The notes below the pieces were generated by a model. It ran no database searches. It was not told the origin of the DNA and worked only from the letters and a program-made list of their open reading frames with translations. Source: Hamiltosporidium tvaerminnensis FI-OER-3-3 (taxonomy: Eukaryota > Fungi > Microsporidia). Taken from it: a DNA stretch of 64,000 bases. Below, piece by piece: positions 27,497 to 39,420 of this stretch. The stretch is from NCBI GenBank assembly GCA_022605425.2, contig CM061246.1:1178001-1242000 (forward strand), in the 5' to 3' direction. Made by a program: the position numbers and the translations under genes. Position 1 is the first letter of the stretch; the number at the start of each line of letters is the position of its first letter.

Positions 27497-27593
27497 CCTA
27501 ATTAGTGACGCGCACGAAAGGAGCAACGAGATTCCCACTGTCCCGACTAACAACCTGCGAACCCACGAGCCAAGGGAACGGTCTTGGCTATGC

Positions 27594-27630
<37 letters not shown>

Positions 27631-27906
27631 GTGACGCCGGGGTCTTGTGCAGCTGTAGCAAGGTGGGGCAACTGAAAGACCACTAGCTGTGCAAGCGACC
27701 CGTATTTGTCAGATGGGGAGTTTGACTGGGGCGGTACATCTGCTAGACTACAACGCAGATGGCCTAAGGGTGGCTAACTTCGGAGAGAAACCGAGGGTGT
27801 AGTCCAAGGGCAAAAGCCACCCTGACGTATTACTACACGGTAATACGAGGGGAAACCCAGGCCTAGCGATCCCATTGCTTACAGAGCATCTAGCAATGGG
27901 TGACGT

Positions 27907-27938
<32 letters not shown>

Positions 27939-28042
27939 AGCCGAGCGACCCTAGCGACGCTGCTTTTTGATTCTTCGATGTCGGCTCTTCCTATCATGGT
28001 GCAGCAGAAGGCACCTAGTGTTGGATTGTTCACCCACTAACA

Positions 28043-28080
<38 letters not shown>

Positions 28081-28326
28081 TAGTTTTACACTACTGCTAC
28101 GGTACTAAGGGAGCAGATGCTAGTACGAAAGGAACGAATCTGCAGGACCTCTTGTCGTGCTTATATCTGGTAAGGTACGGGCTAAGCAACGTCCTGGCAC
28201 GGAAGAGCTGAAGGCCTCTAAGCTTCAACGTGGCCCTACTGTACTATCTGGCATGAAGACGACGTGCTTGGGTGCTGCAGCTGTAATCCACAAGATCGCG
28301 AGTGGATGAGGCTAGCAAGCACTCAT
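25768..28326 (+). rRNA. Microsporidian large-subunit rRNA with fused 5.8S
   Basis: 5.8S-like start ggatcacttggctc with no ITS2; acccgtcttgaaacacggacc; ttaaggtagccaaatgcctcg; PTC gatgtcggctcttcc; sarcin-ricin loop agtacgaaaggaac; terminal helix gggtgct...agcactc closes at ~28324. Confidence 0.97.
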
Positions 28327-28384
28327 GACGAGAGATGATCACCACCTCCACGTGGTTCTCGTTGGGTAACGCCAAGAGTGATCA
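28327..28384 (+). ncRNA. Minimal HDV-like self-cleaving ribozyme directly 3' of the LSU rRNA
   Basis: P1 GACGAGA/TCTCGTT (G1-U wobble); P2 TGATCAC(C)/(GA)GTGATCA; P3 ACC/GGT; L3 TCCACGT; P1.1 CC/GG; vestigial P4 GTAAC; J4/2 G-C(28372)-CAA. Confidence 0.85.
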
Positions 28385-28963
28385 ACAACAAAAGCATGTA
28401 AAATTAAAAAGAATAAAACTCAAAAAAAAGTAAATAAAAAAATGATTTTAAATAAAATAATAAAATTGGATAAATACAACGAAAGAAACATTTTAGCACC
28501 TTACAAAAAGGATCTAAGCAAAAAAACGCAAATGCTTTTTTTACATAATCTATTTGTGTGACATTTAAATAATTTCCACTAATTCTACTTATAAGAAGGC
28601 ACATACCAGATATGTTTTAAAATATCACTTTTTAAAGATTAGAGTCTTTATGTATGCTTGGATCTCATTACCAATTTGATTTTTAAATACATTTCTTCCT
28701 TTATATAAGCAAAAACTATTTTTCAAAAGACAGCATCGAGATTTCTAATTGAGAAAAATTTAGTATCATACCTATTATTTTTTTCATATACTTCAAAGTT
28801 TTCAAAATTTTTTAAATATAAGACTTGTACTGTAATATTCTGCTTACCTGCATATATTATTTTAAAGAAACGCCAACTTTTTAATATTCACAAATTGTTT
28901 TTCATTAATAAATTAAAGGAATGTTCAAATAACCATAATTTTTTACTTTAACGAATTATATAT

Positions 28964-29195
28964 CAGTAATGCCTCAAAGAAGACAGATCCTTACTTAATG
29001 GTTTGCAATAAAACCAGGTTGTGTTAACTTAAAATGTGTATGTGTGGGATAAAGGGAGACGTGTGACCTTCTAGAACCGAAGTCGGATTGCGGATATGGT
29101 GGCTATACATAGCCGGGTCGGTTTATAAGGAATTTTGTGTGTTGTAGATTTGGCTGATCTTAAGGAAAATAAACCGAATTTTATTTATTTATTTA
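28964..29195 (+). mobile_element. ~230-bp 3' end of an APE-type LINE with (TATT)n tail and ~16-bp TSD
   Basis: TTAACGAATTATATAT at 28948-28963 and 29196-29211; ends aataaaccgaattt(tatt)n; matches 54192-54421, whose extension aligns to LINE ORF2. Confidence 0.85.
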
Positions 29196-32100
29196 TTAAC
29201 GAATTATATATATTTCCATTAATTTCTAGGTTCTAGAAAGATTGAAAAAGATAACGGCCTAATACATTACATATTTAAATATCCAAACCTATTAAAATAC
29301 CATATATGACATCAAAATGTAATTTTATAAAAATATAAACAATCATAGAATTACTGTATTCATGTTTAGAATATAAAAATGGCCGAAGATCTTAACCTTT
29401 TAATCATTTGAATCATAAATTCAAAAAAAAAGAATATATTTGTCAATCTTAGATAACATATAAATAAAAAGCAAAGAATTTAATGACATAAATGGGTTAT
29501 AAAAACCATGTATGCACATTATAGAAAAAATTTCTTAACTAGCGTCTCTTTGTTCATAAAATGATAGATCTTGCGCAAAAATACTTTAAAGGATATATAA
29601 ATAATTTTTAAAAAAAAACTTTATGAGATGAATAAACAAAATACTTCGTGGCTTTATTTATTTGACATTAAATAAAAATTGAAATTTTTATATAGCGTTA
29701 TAATTTATATTTGCTAAGTTTTGAATTATGAATCTAATTACATAGAAATGAAAAAGCAAAATATAGAGGCATATTTGCCAATAATAATTTACTCAAAAAA
29801 AATAATGGTAGATTTAATGATTCGAATGTTTAAAATAGATAGACAAAGCTCATTTATAAAATTCTAAAATTTAAATTTTTAGATCATAAATCAGTATCAA
29901 GCATAAATTTCTGTTTGGTAATGATTAAAAAAATTTTTTGTTAACCATTGCAAAATTGGATTTTCAAGTTATAACTTAACGGATCTAGTATTAAGAAAAT
30001 TTAGAACAACAAATATAATTTTCTCGGTCAACCAAATAAATATATTAAAATAAAAGAATGAATTAAGTGAAATTTTTGTAGTATAAAAAATAATAGTTTT
30101 TTGGTACTACAGAGTTAACAAATTACACTAAAAGAAAGATATACTAGAAATATGGAAACAATTCAATAGATTGAAAAAGAAAATAAAACTATAAAATAGT
30201 ATAATAAGCGAAATGATAAACTTCTAATGATTGAAATTTAAGTTATAATGGTTCATGACTTCTATTTTTATTAAAAAAATTAAATTTAAATATGAATTTT
30301 AGGTTAGTACAATATTAAAAATTCTGAAAATATACAATAATTGGATGGTTATACCCTTTTGGCAATAGAAAAAAACCTATTAGAATATCTTTAGAGAACT
30401 ATAGCAAACTGCCAACATGATTTGTCACAAGGAATGCATATTTTTCTAAAATATAATGGCTTTTAAATTAATTTTAGAATAATATATTTTATAATGTTAT
30501 ATTATATCATTTAAAACTCTTAAAAATCATTATATTTATATGAATGTTATAATAATTAATGCCAAAATGATAAAATAATATTAAGAGATATTAACATTTG
30601 TTTTAAAATAATTATCATATAGTAATATGACTATAAATTAATCGAAAAATATTTTTTTTGTGTAATTAACGGAAAAATTCATAAATATAAACGAAATAAA
30701 AAAGACTTTACAACATATATATTTATTAAATCGCGTCACGGTATATGAAAAGCAATTGTTTTAATCGTTTCACAACAGCTAACAACTTATTAAGTAAACC
30801 ATAATCTCATATTCCACTACAATGGGATTTAAGTCGTTTTGTGAATGTTTCAAAACAAAGAAGGTTTTCCAATCAAAATAGTTGTTAAACCATATCCAAC
30901 CTTCCTCTTTTTTTAACCTCGATGTGATTTATTAATGTTAATTCTGAAAAATTCTGCACGAATAAAATAATACACACAATTTTTAATCTATATCTTTAAT
31001 TTTTATTTGATATTTATACTAAAACTTGAATAAAACTAGTTATAATTACAATTTTTAAAAAAAATAAAAATCCACATGCATAGGGAATATGAAGTACAAG
31101 CTAAATAAACCGTAAATATATACAAACCAGAATTATATAAAATATTTCAATTTAAATATATTAGAAATAAACGTCTTTAACTATAAAATGAATGTTTCTT
31201 TTCTTAAATTTATCATTAGCTGAAGTATTTAAATAATAGGTTTTTGAAATCATAATGGAATCGTTTATTCTATAGAAAACTGCAATATTTAATTAAAACT
31301 GATAAGTAAAATTACGTTTTTGTAATTTATATTAGTTTTCTATTTACTTCCATTGAAGCTTACAATTAAATGACTATGATGTGTAGAACCCTATTAAAAA
31401 AAACCTACAGAGATTGTAAGTATATTATAAAACTAAATTTCTTGTTTCGGTTTGAATAAAAATAATTATAAATAATTTAAGAAGAGGTTAGTTAATGTCT
31501 ATTATATTATATCCAAGAGAAAAAAAAATTTTGTTTCATCAAAATAATAAATACGGAAACAATTTTTTCAGAATAAAATAAAGGTATAAAAAATTTAAAA
31601 CAATAAAGAATTAGAAGAACATTAACAATTTATTAAAATTTATCAAAATATTACATGGTCTAAAACAAAAAAATTTTATTTCGTTAATATATAATAATTT
31701 TTAACTTCAACTAGCAGTAAAGAAGTAAATCACTGACTGAGATTTTATAAATTAGAATCGAGTTTTCTTCTTTAAAAAGTAAAAATAATATATATTTTAT
31801 CTTTAATTTAAAAAGTTTTTGTGATCTAAATTTCCTTTAGAATACCATTTTACGAATATTTAATACATATTTCAAACATAGCATAAATAAAAAATAACAA
31901 AAAATCATACAGATGACTTCTATGCGCCTTGTATTAATCAGATATCAGATCGAAAAAGACGGATATTCCGAGATATTAAGAACAAAAAACAATTCAAAAT
32001 ATACAACTTTAAAATTAATAATTTTATAAACAAGAAAAAATATTTTAAATTGATTTTCGTATATTAAGACTTCTAAGGCTGTTAATAAATAATCAAATAT

Positions 32101-34305
32101 TGTAAAATTCATCATGGTGTAATTTATGTTGTTCTAACGTAATGGTATACATAAATATCACAATTTATAAGCTTTAAAGCCGTATTTCAGGATGAGAATA
32201 TTACTTTACCCTTCTCAAATATTTAAAAATGAACATTTTAATCAAAGCAAAACAACTGTCTAGCCTATGATTAAGCCATAAGATGGAATATTTTTAGTTT
32301 AATATAACTACATTCAAACTTTATTTATGTTACATTCATTATATTCACTATATATTCGAAATTTTTTTATAAAATTAAAATATAAGAGTAATAAAAAGAT
32401 AGCGTTATTTTATCTATAAATTACATAGATATCATCAAAATATATAAAAACAAAATATCTTATAAAAAAAAGCTTCAAGTAGAAATTGAAGATGCTGAAT
32501 AGTCAGATAGAAAAATTCTTGTAGATAATAATCCTACTTTTACTTATATACGAAATATACAATCGTGTATATATTATACTACATTTTAATAAAATGTCTG
32601 AACACATTTATAATTTAATACATTTGGTAATTGATTATATAAAAGTTATTTGATCTTATTAAAATTTCTTTTTAAAAAAATTAATAATTTTGTGAGATTA
32701 TAATGTAATTTTTGGTTTTTTACATGTTAGGTTCTATGTGCATTTAAAAATAACAAGTCGACCGAGTTTCTTTATATAGTACTTGTCATCGGAACGAGCA
32801 GATCTGATTTGTAAAAATGGCTTTAAACCAGATATATTCTCATGAGTGTAAGTTGCACAAGTAATTAAATCTAACATTGTTAAATTAAAAAAGAAGACGT
32901 GTGATACCTACTCTATTATGCTATTATCTCAAAATTTAATCCCTTCATGTTCGATATAATTCTTTCATAGAACAAGATCAAAATATTTAATTTATATTGT
33001 GAGCAGTCTCGCATTTATTAACCAATATCATGTGTTATATCATATTTAAGCATTATAGTTTATAATCTAACCAAAGGGCTTTATAATTTTCTTACATTAC
33101 ATGGATTTTTAGTTAATTTATTGCTTGGCTTTTCTTAAGTTCCAAAAAAGAAATATACTATTAATACGTTAAAGTAAAAAAGATTTTTCTGCTCCATTCA
33201 TTTTTTGGTCTTTTATGTGATATTTTAAGCGAGACTTATGATAGAATAATCATTTTGAAACAGCGTCCAGGAATATTCTTTAACTGAATGCTTGTTCTTA
33301 AAAAGCCGCAAATATAAGTTTATAGTAAACGTGAGAATGGTGTAAAACAACGTATCATAAACGCCTTTTTATTGTATTATTTTTCTCTGCATAAATTTTT
33401 TCTGTAATACCAGAATTTTTTTGATTTTCAACTTCAAAGAAATTCAGATTATTTTAAAGATATATGATTACTAAGATAATGTAGGTCAGTGTTATTAACT
33501 ATTATCTCATGCATATAATATGTATATTATTGAGATATACTATAAATCAATTCCATCGTTTTGTAATTTTTAAAATGAAACTCTCTTATATCCTTAATGA
33601 GATTCAGAAAACTATAAGGATTTTCTTTAAAAAATTTAGTTTTCTTTAGATATTTGTTAATCCTAAAACCAGTTTAAATAACCCAGATAATTTAAAAATT
33701 TGTTTTTTTAATGGTGTATAAGAAAGATTTATATCTTACAGTCCTAAATGTTTTTTATAATTTTGACTAGTTCTAATCTTTTCGAAACGCAGTAATTGTT
33801 AAAACAGATTTGAAAAACATTTTTACGACTAACATTTTTCTTTAAATACGTTTTTTACTACAAAAATATAATAGATTTATATTTTAAATTCTTGCATTTT
33901 ATACAATCATCTTTAGGGTTATATATCTGTTAAATGTTTATTATATTTGTAAGTAATATATTTATTAGATGGAATATAAATACAAGAATAGAAAGAAAAG
34001 CACCAAGCACTTAATAAAGTGAGCAAAGAAATGTACAAAAAAATTTAAGCAAAATTTAGATGGGAAATATAGATAGGCATACTTGATATTTTTCTCCATA
34101 TATTCTGTATTTAGATATAATAAACTAAAAATATTTTTAGTATAATAAGAATAAAAAAGAAAAATGCAAGTATACGATCAGAAGAAATAATAAAATAAGA
34201 AAATTTTAAAATTTTCTTTTGAAAATAAATCCGGGAGTAAAAATATATTTATAAATCGAGAAATAGAAACCAAATGTATGACGACTATTGTGTTGTAAGG
34301 CGCCC

Positions 34306-35957
34306 ATGGGCAAAAGAAAAATATCGGGAGCAGTTGAAAATCGCAAAAAATCAAGATGTGAGAATACGGGTGTGAAGAGTAGGAATTTCGACGACTTTGT
34401 TTCCAGCTCATCGAGGACTAGCCACCCTCGAGTTGTGAGCCCAATCGACTGTTTTTTTTCGGCATCTTCGAAACAGAAGGAGTGTGCGGCAGCCACGCAC
34501 AAGGAGAGTAAAAAGTGTACAGATAATAGGGATGTAAGGAGTTTTTTTGGGACAAGCATGCCAAAGCACACACGGGATGTGCCGCTGACCAGCCAGCGAA
34601 GTTTCCCGGAGGAGAAAGAGACACAGACTTTGTCTGTTCTTCATGCATTGCTTCTAAGAAAATAACACTCCTTGAAAAAAGAGTGGAAAAATTAGAAGAA
34701 GAGGAAAAGAGATATAAAAAAACTCTTATGTTGGCAAAAACCAACTCGATTGCTTTAGAGGTACACTTTAAAGAAATTGAGAAGCTACGTAAAGTACCTA
34801 AAAGTTCGCGTAGGTGCCGTACTCACAAGTGCGTGATAACGGCAGTAGCACCTGTTTCCTCGGTTAGGCTAAAGGCAGGAGCCAGAGACCCTCAGGCTGA
34901 TCCAGCAGTCAGTGAGTTAGTCTGCAACGCTGCAGAACTAACAGAGAAACCACTCGAGCAGAATTTGGTGGTAAATGAGGCGAAATCTCAGTCTTTCGGG
35001 CCAACTTTGTCCGCACGATATGCAATGGCTAAAGCTCGGTCTTTGGATAAACAGATAGTGTTACGGACTGACAGTTCTACTGATCTGACTGCAAATGCTG
35101 TTGACTCTCTTGCTGTTGGAGTCTGCCCAGCGGAAGTGCTGATCTGCATAGCAGCAGAATCTCAAAACTTACAAATCGAACGTGCAATGAATGTAAGTCA
35201 TCAAGGGGCGAGGCTCGTTGAATGTGGTACGGGCAATACCACACTGCCTCCGATAGCAACTCCTCGTTCTATCGAAAAAAAGTTACCTGAAAAGACATCC
35301 GTAAGTGCTTCAGGAAAAGGTCTTAAGGATAATAAAAAGGAATTATCCAAGAGCAAAGCAACTGGTAACCCAGCCAGTAAACCGAGAGCCGTCAAATTGC
35401 AGACTGCTAAAAAGCCTTCCTTCGATCGTACTAAGGCACCTTCGAAGCAGAGTAGAGGGAAACTTAACTTAAACAGAGCACAGTGTGAGGATGTTGTGCA
35501 AGGCAAATCACCATTTGTCTTGAATAGGTTTGTGCTTCTTTACTTAGATGGAGTTAAAGTGAACAAACCCGCTTATTTAAGAGCAGTCTTAGAGAACGGG
35601 GGCGTTAAATCTTACTACGTAAAGCATGTAGGCTTCACTAAGGAAGGCCTGTTAGAGTTGCTTGTTAATGCTAACAGTATGGACAAGGTTAAAGCCATTT
35701 TTACAGAATTTAAAAATGTTAAGACGTTTGATAACTATCTTAACAGAGGCAGTCTCGAAGAGATTGGTGAGCGGTTATCTGACCTTAAGCGCAGACTCTC
35801 ATGGGTCGAGCGATTTATAGATAACCCGCCGGTTAGGAGGTTCCTTAGCATTCTGAAGCATATTTCAGCTCAGAATGCCTCTCAAGAAGCCTCGAAAATC
35901 TTCTATGGACTAGAAGATGTGGTACTTGAGGAGCCAAAGAGCTTCTCTAGCCTATAG
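34306..35957 (+). pseudogene. LINE ORF1 (gag-like; coiled coil, low-complexity middle, RRM-like C-terminus) with an apparent frameshift near 34650-34680
   Basis: cgcccATG MGKRKISG... followed by the 424-aa ORF 34683-35957, upstream of the APE domain. Confidence 0.7.
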
Positions 35958-38900
35958 TCAGGACTGTCTGAACTGTTGACACCTGCCAACAGATAAAGCC
36001 GTGCAAAGCAAGCCCTGCGGTATACTTTGTGTGGGGTGTACCGCATAGGCATCGTAGTGTTTTTGCTGAAACACTACAGGCGAAAGGTTCCAAAGGTACG
36101 TCTGTCAAGCGAGTTATCAAGCGAGATGGACGTAGACGACTTGATGGGACTGTTGAGAGTGGGATAGACCCGGAAACAGTGTAAGCTGTGAGTAGGAAAC
36201 ATCTTGGGTACTGCAAAACCCATACACTAGGGAGAAAAAAGTCTGTCGGAATTTGCACGGAATCGTATGGTAATCTTAGATTACTTACGCTAAATGTAAA
36301 TTCCTTTGGATCAAAACGAGAGGAGGTTCTAATGCTAACCGGTAAACTCCACCCAGACATTTTATGTCTCCAAGAGACATTACGCTACACAGAGAGTTCT
36401 CGGCACGTTATTCCGGGATACGAGGTGATTGAAAGCTTTGCAAACAAGGAGGAAAAAGATGGTAGAGGACTGGTTTTAGCTGTGCGTTGTGTTAGATCTT
36501 ACGCTATCGTCAGTTGAAGTACATCCTAACTTATTGGCTGGCAGTGTTTGTGGCAAAAAAGCGTCTGGTGGCTGGTTTAAATTGCTTGTTGTTAACCTGT
36601 ACATTCCTCCGAAATGTTCACTATACGGCAACAGAGCGGAAACGCTCGAAGCTCTAGGATCTTTTCTTGTTAGCGAAAACAAGAAAAACGGTTTAGATGA
36701 TATTCTAGTCATAGGCGAGCGGAATATGACTCAAGAAGAGGCTGCTAGGTTCCTGGCTGTCAAAAACCCTATAGCCCTAATAAATGGTTATTCGAAGCAC
36801 TGCGAGCTACACGTGCAGCAGCACACAGTGCGAATAGATGCATTGACCACTGCCTGTTTCTGAAAAGAGAGTGGACGGAGGTAGTTAAAGTGCACAGGAA
36901 ATGGGATATATCGGATCACCTTTCTGTAACTGTTGACGTTAGGGTGGATACGCTCATCCGAGCCGTACACAAGAAAAAGCTCTTCTTACGCTTGTTTGTT
37001 GAGCAGTTACTTGCCGAAAAGCTTATAAGCTGTCCGACCAAGAACAGTTTCGGTCACACCCCTAATCATAGGATTATGTGGCAAAAACTGTTAAAGAAGA
37101 GAAAAAAGCTAGGTCTTTATAGGTACTTTTTCAGATGAAATAGTTTTTTTTGCCTCGGAAGCTTAAAAAAACTATTGACGATAGACGGAGAGTTGCTTTC
37201 GAAATGAAAACTGGCCGAGCTTTCCGAATGCCTAAGCTGACCTCAAACGAAAGTGTGAGGAAATGAAGCGTCTATATAAGCGGCAGCTGAGAATAAAGTG
37301 GGCACGAAAAGGTATTGCGGATGCAACAAACCGTTGCATGAGAGACGTGTGACAGTAGACCAGAAGGTCTGCTGGAATACCCGAAATCTCGGCTGCCAAT
37401 CGCACGGTTTGGATGAAAAAGGCCAAATTGCTTCGGATGAGCAGACAGTGTTGCAGGTCTGGTACACATCCATCGTTCCTTAGCAACAATGAATCATGAG
37501 TTACAGAGCAAAGACACTCAATCCGAGTGTCTTATTGAGGATAACAACGCTCATTATAATGATTTGATTGCTTGGCAAGAGGTTATTTCAGCGCTGCACG
37601 AGTCAGCAAAAAAAAGCATGTGGTTTAGATGAGGTACCAGTAGAAGCGTACAAAGCTCTACTAATGGATTCTCATGGCGTAAGTCTGATGGCACAGCACA
37701 TTTTACATGTGCTGAATGAGGCCTGGACAAATAGAATACCTGACAGCTGGAGAGTGTCAGTCATAGTACCGGTACCGAATAAAGGTGATTTATGAAAGCC
37801 TGGAAACTACCGTGGAATTTGTCTGATAAACACTCTTCTTAAACTGCTGTGTAAGGTTGTGGAACGCCGAATGCGTTTGTATGTGAGAATAATAACCTCT
37901 TGTGCCGGGAACAAGCTGGTTTTCGTACTCGAGAGGAATGTGTTGCTCAGGTGGCAACTCTTTTAGAAATTCAAAGGAGAAGTTTATTCGAGGTAGAGAG
38001 ACTGTTTGCCTATTTATCGATTTCGAAAAGGCTTACGATAGAGTTCCTCATGATCAATCCTTTTGAAACCAAAAGAGCAAGGCTTTTCTGGAAAACTCCT
38101 AAGATTCCTTAAAGATCTGTACACTGATCTACAGGTTGGTGTCAAAGTAGGCGATAAAACAACAAGCCTATTCCCATATAATATCGGTCTTCGCCAAGGC
38201 TGTCCGCTATCACCTCTGTTATTCGATCTCTATATCGATGACATCTTTAGAGGTGTTAATGGTATAGTATGCGAGGGTCTTAATTATAGGGTTCCGGGTC
38301 TGTTGTTTGCCGATGACATGTCCTGTTCGTTGAATTTGTGACTGCCGTACAACTCAGTACGGATAAAGTGATGAGTTGGTGTGAGACCTGAGAGATGCGT
38401 ATTAATATAGATAAGTGTGGGTTGTTACTTCCCCCGGTTCTTACAGTTAACGTAATGATAGGTAAATCAGCAGTCCTGTTTGTCAAACCTAAAAATACTC
38501 AGGCATTGTGTTGGCCCGCACGTTTTCTCTAAAAGAATTGATTCTTGGGAGAAAAAAGGCTGTGTTTCCGGTCCGGAAAAATGCCATGCCATTCCTCGGC
38601 AGGTCAGAGTTCCGCTTTACTTTAAAGTTCTGATCATAAAGCATGCATTATACCAATCGTAATGCATGGGAGCGAATTGTGTGGAATGAGCAAGGTCAGA
38701 ATAGTAATTGTAGTTTGCGGCGTTACACGTTCTTTGGCAGCAGCTTTTGGATGTCGAGAGAATTTTGCCCAGCTGGCAGCTTTCAGAGAGTGTGACATCC
38801 AGCCTTTATATGAAAAGGCAGCTATGTCACGTGTAAGAGGCTTCTTGAAATGACAAGAAAGCAGAACGATCATACGGGACTTGCTAAATGGTAAGTTTAC

Positions 38901-39420
38901 AGCGAGAAAGAGAACGTGGGTTACTCAAACCCGAATCTGGATGAAAGCTTATACTGGAAGTCTTTTACCGGGTTTGAGTAACAAAAGTAGTGGCCTTCTA
39001 ATCAAAGAGGCTATTGTTAAAAGGCAAGGCCGAGCTGATAAGTCAGTTATAAGTGGCTTACGTAGGCTTTTTGGTCTTAATAGTGGGTATAAGTGGATCT
39101 ACGCAGAACTAAATAACAGGGTGTTAGCTAGCAGTATTAAGATGCTGCGTAATTTAGAATAGGACTGGTGAAATTTAGTCCGCAACTGGCAGCTTTAGGA
39201 AGATTACCGAATAGGTATAGGGAACGCTGTCCATGTTGCGAAAAACCAGTCCGAGAAACTTTGTGCCATCTAGTGTTCATGTGTAAGAAGTGGAAAGTAG
39301 AGCGATAGATGTTTACAGCTCAGGTTACGCGAAAAGTTGTAAAATGTTTGAAAACTTCTGATGCTGTAGGGAATTCAAGGCATCAAGATACTCTTGGAAG
39401 GGAAATGGCAAGCTGCCGCT
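34306..39420 (+). mobile_element. APE-type LINE (ORF1 plus frameshifted ORF2 with APE, RT and CCHC); 3' end truncated
   Basis: APE motifs LLTLNVNS..DILCLQET..NLYIPP..SDH; RT motifs KACGLDEVP, PVPNKGD, QAGFR, GLRQGCPLSPLLF, LFADD; knuckle CPCCEKPVRETLCHLVFMC (~39228-39284). Confidence 0.93.

Larger units (their letters stand above)
21965..32849 (+). repeat. Left arm of a large inverted duplication containing an rDNA unit
   Basis: Reverse-complement match to 50515-62652. Outer boundary tgagggttttaaataa(21965)/ttatttaaaaccctca(62652); inner boundary ...ttctcatgagtg/...cacccatgagaa. Confidence 0.93.

Noticed and set aside
28327-28384. Reading this element as 5S rRNA, a C/D snoRNA or part of the LSU
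   Set aside because: Too short and lacks 5S motifs; no CUGA D box; LSU terminal helices are already closed upstream. The HDV-like topology accounts for essentially every base.
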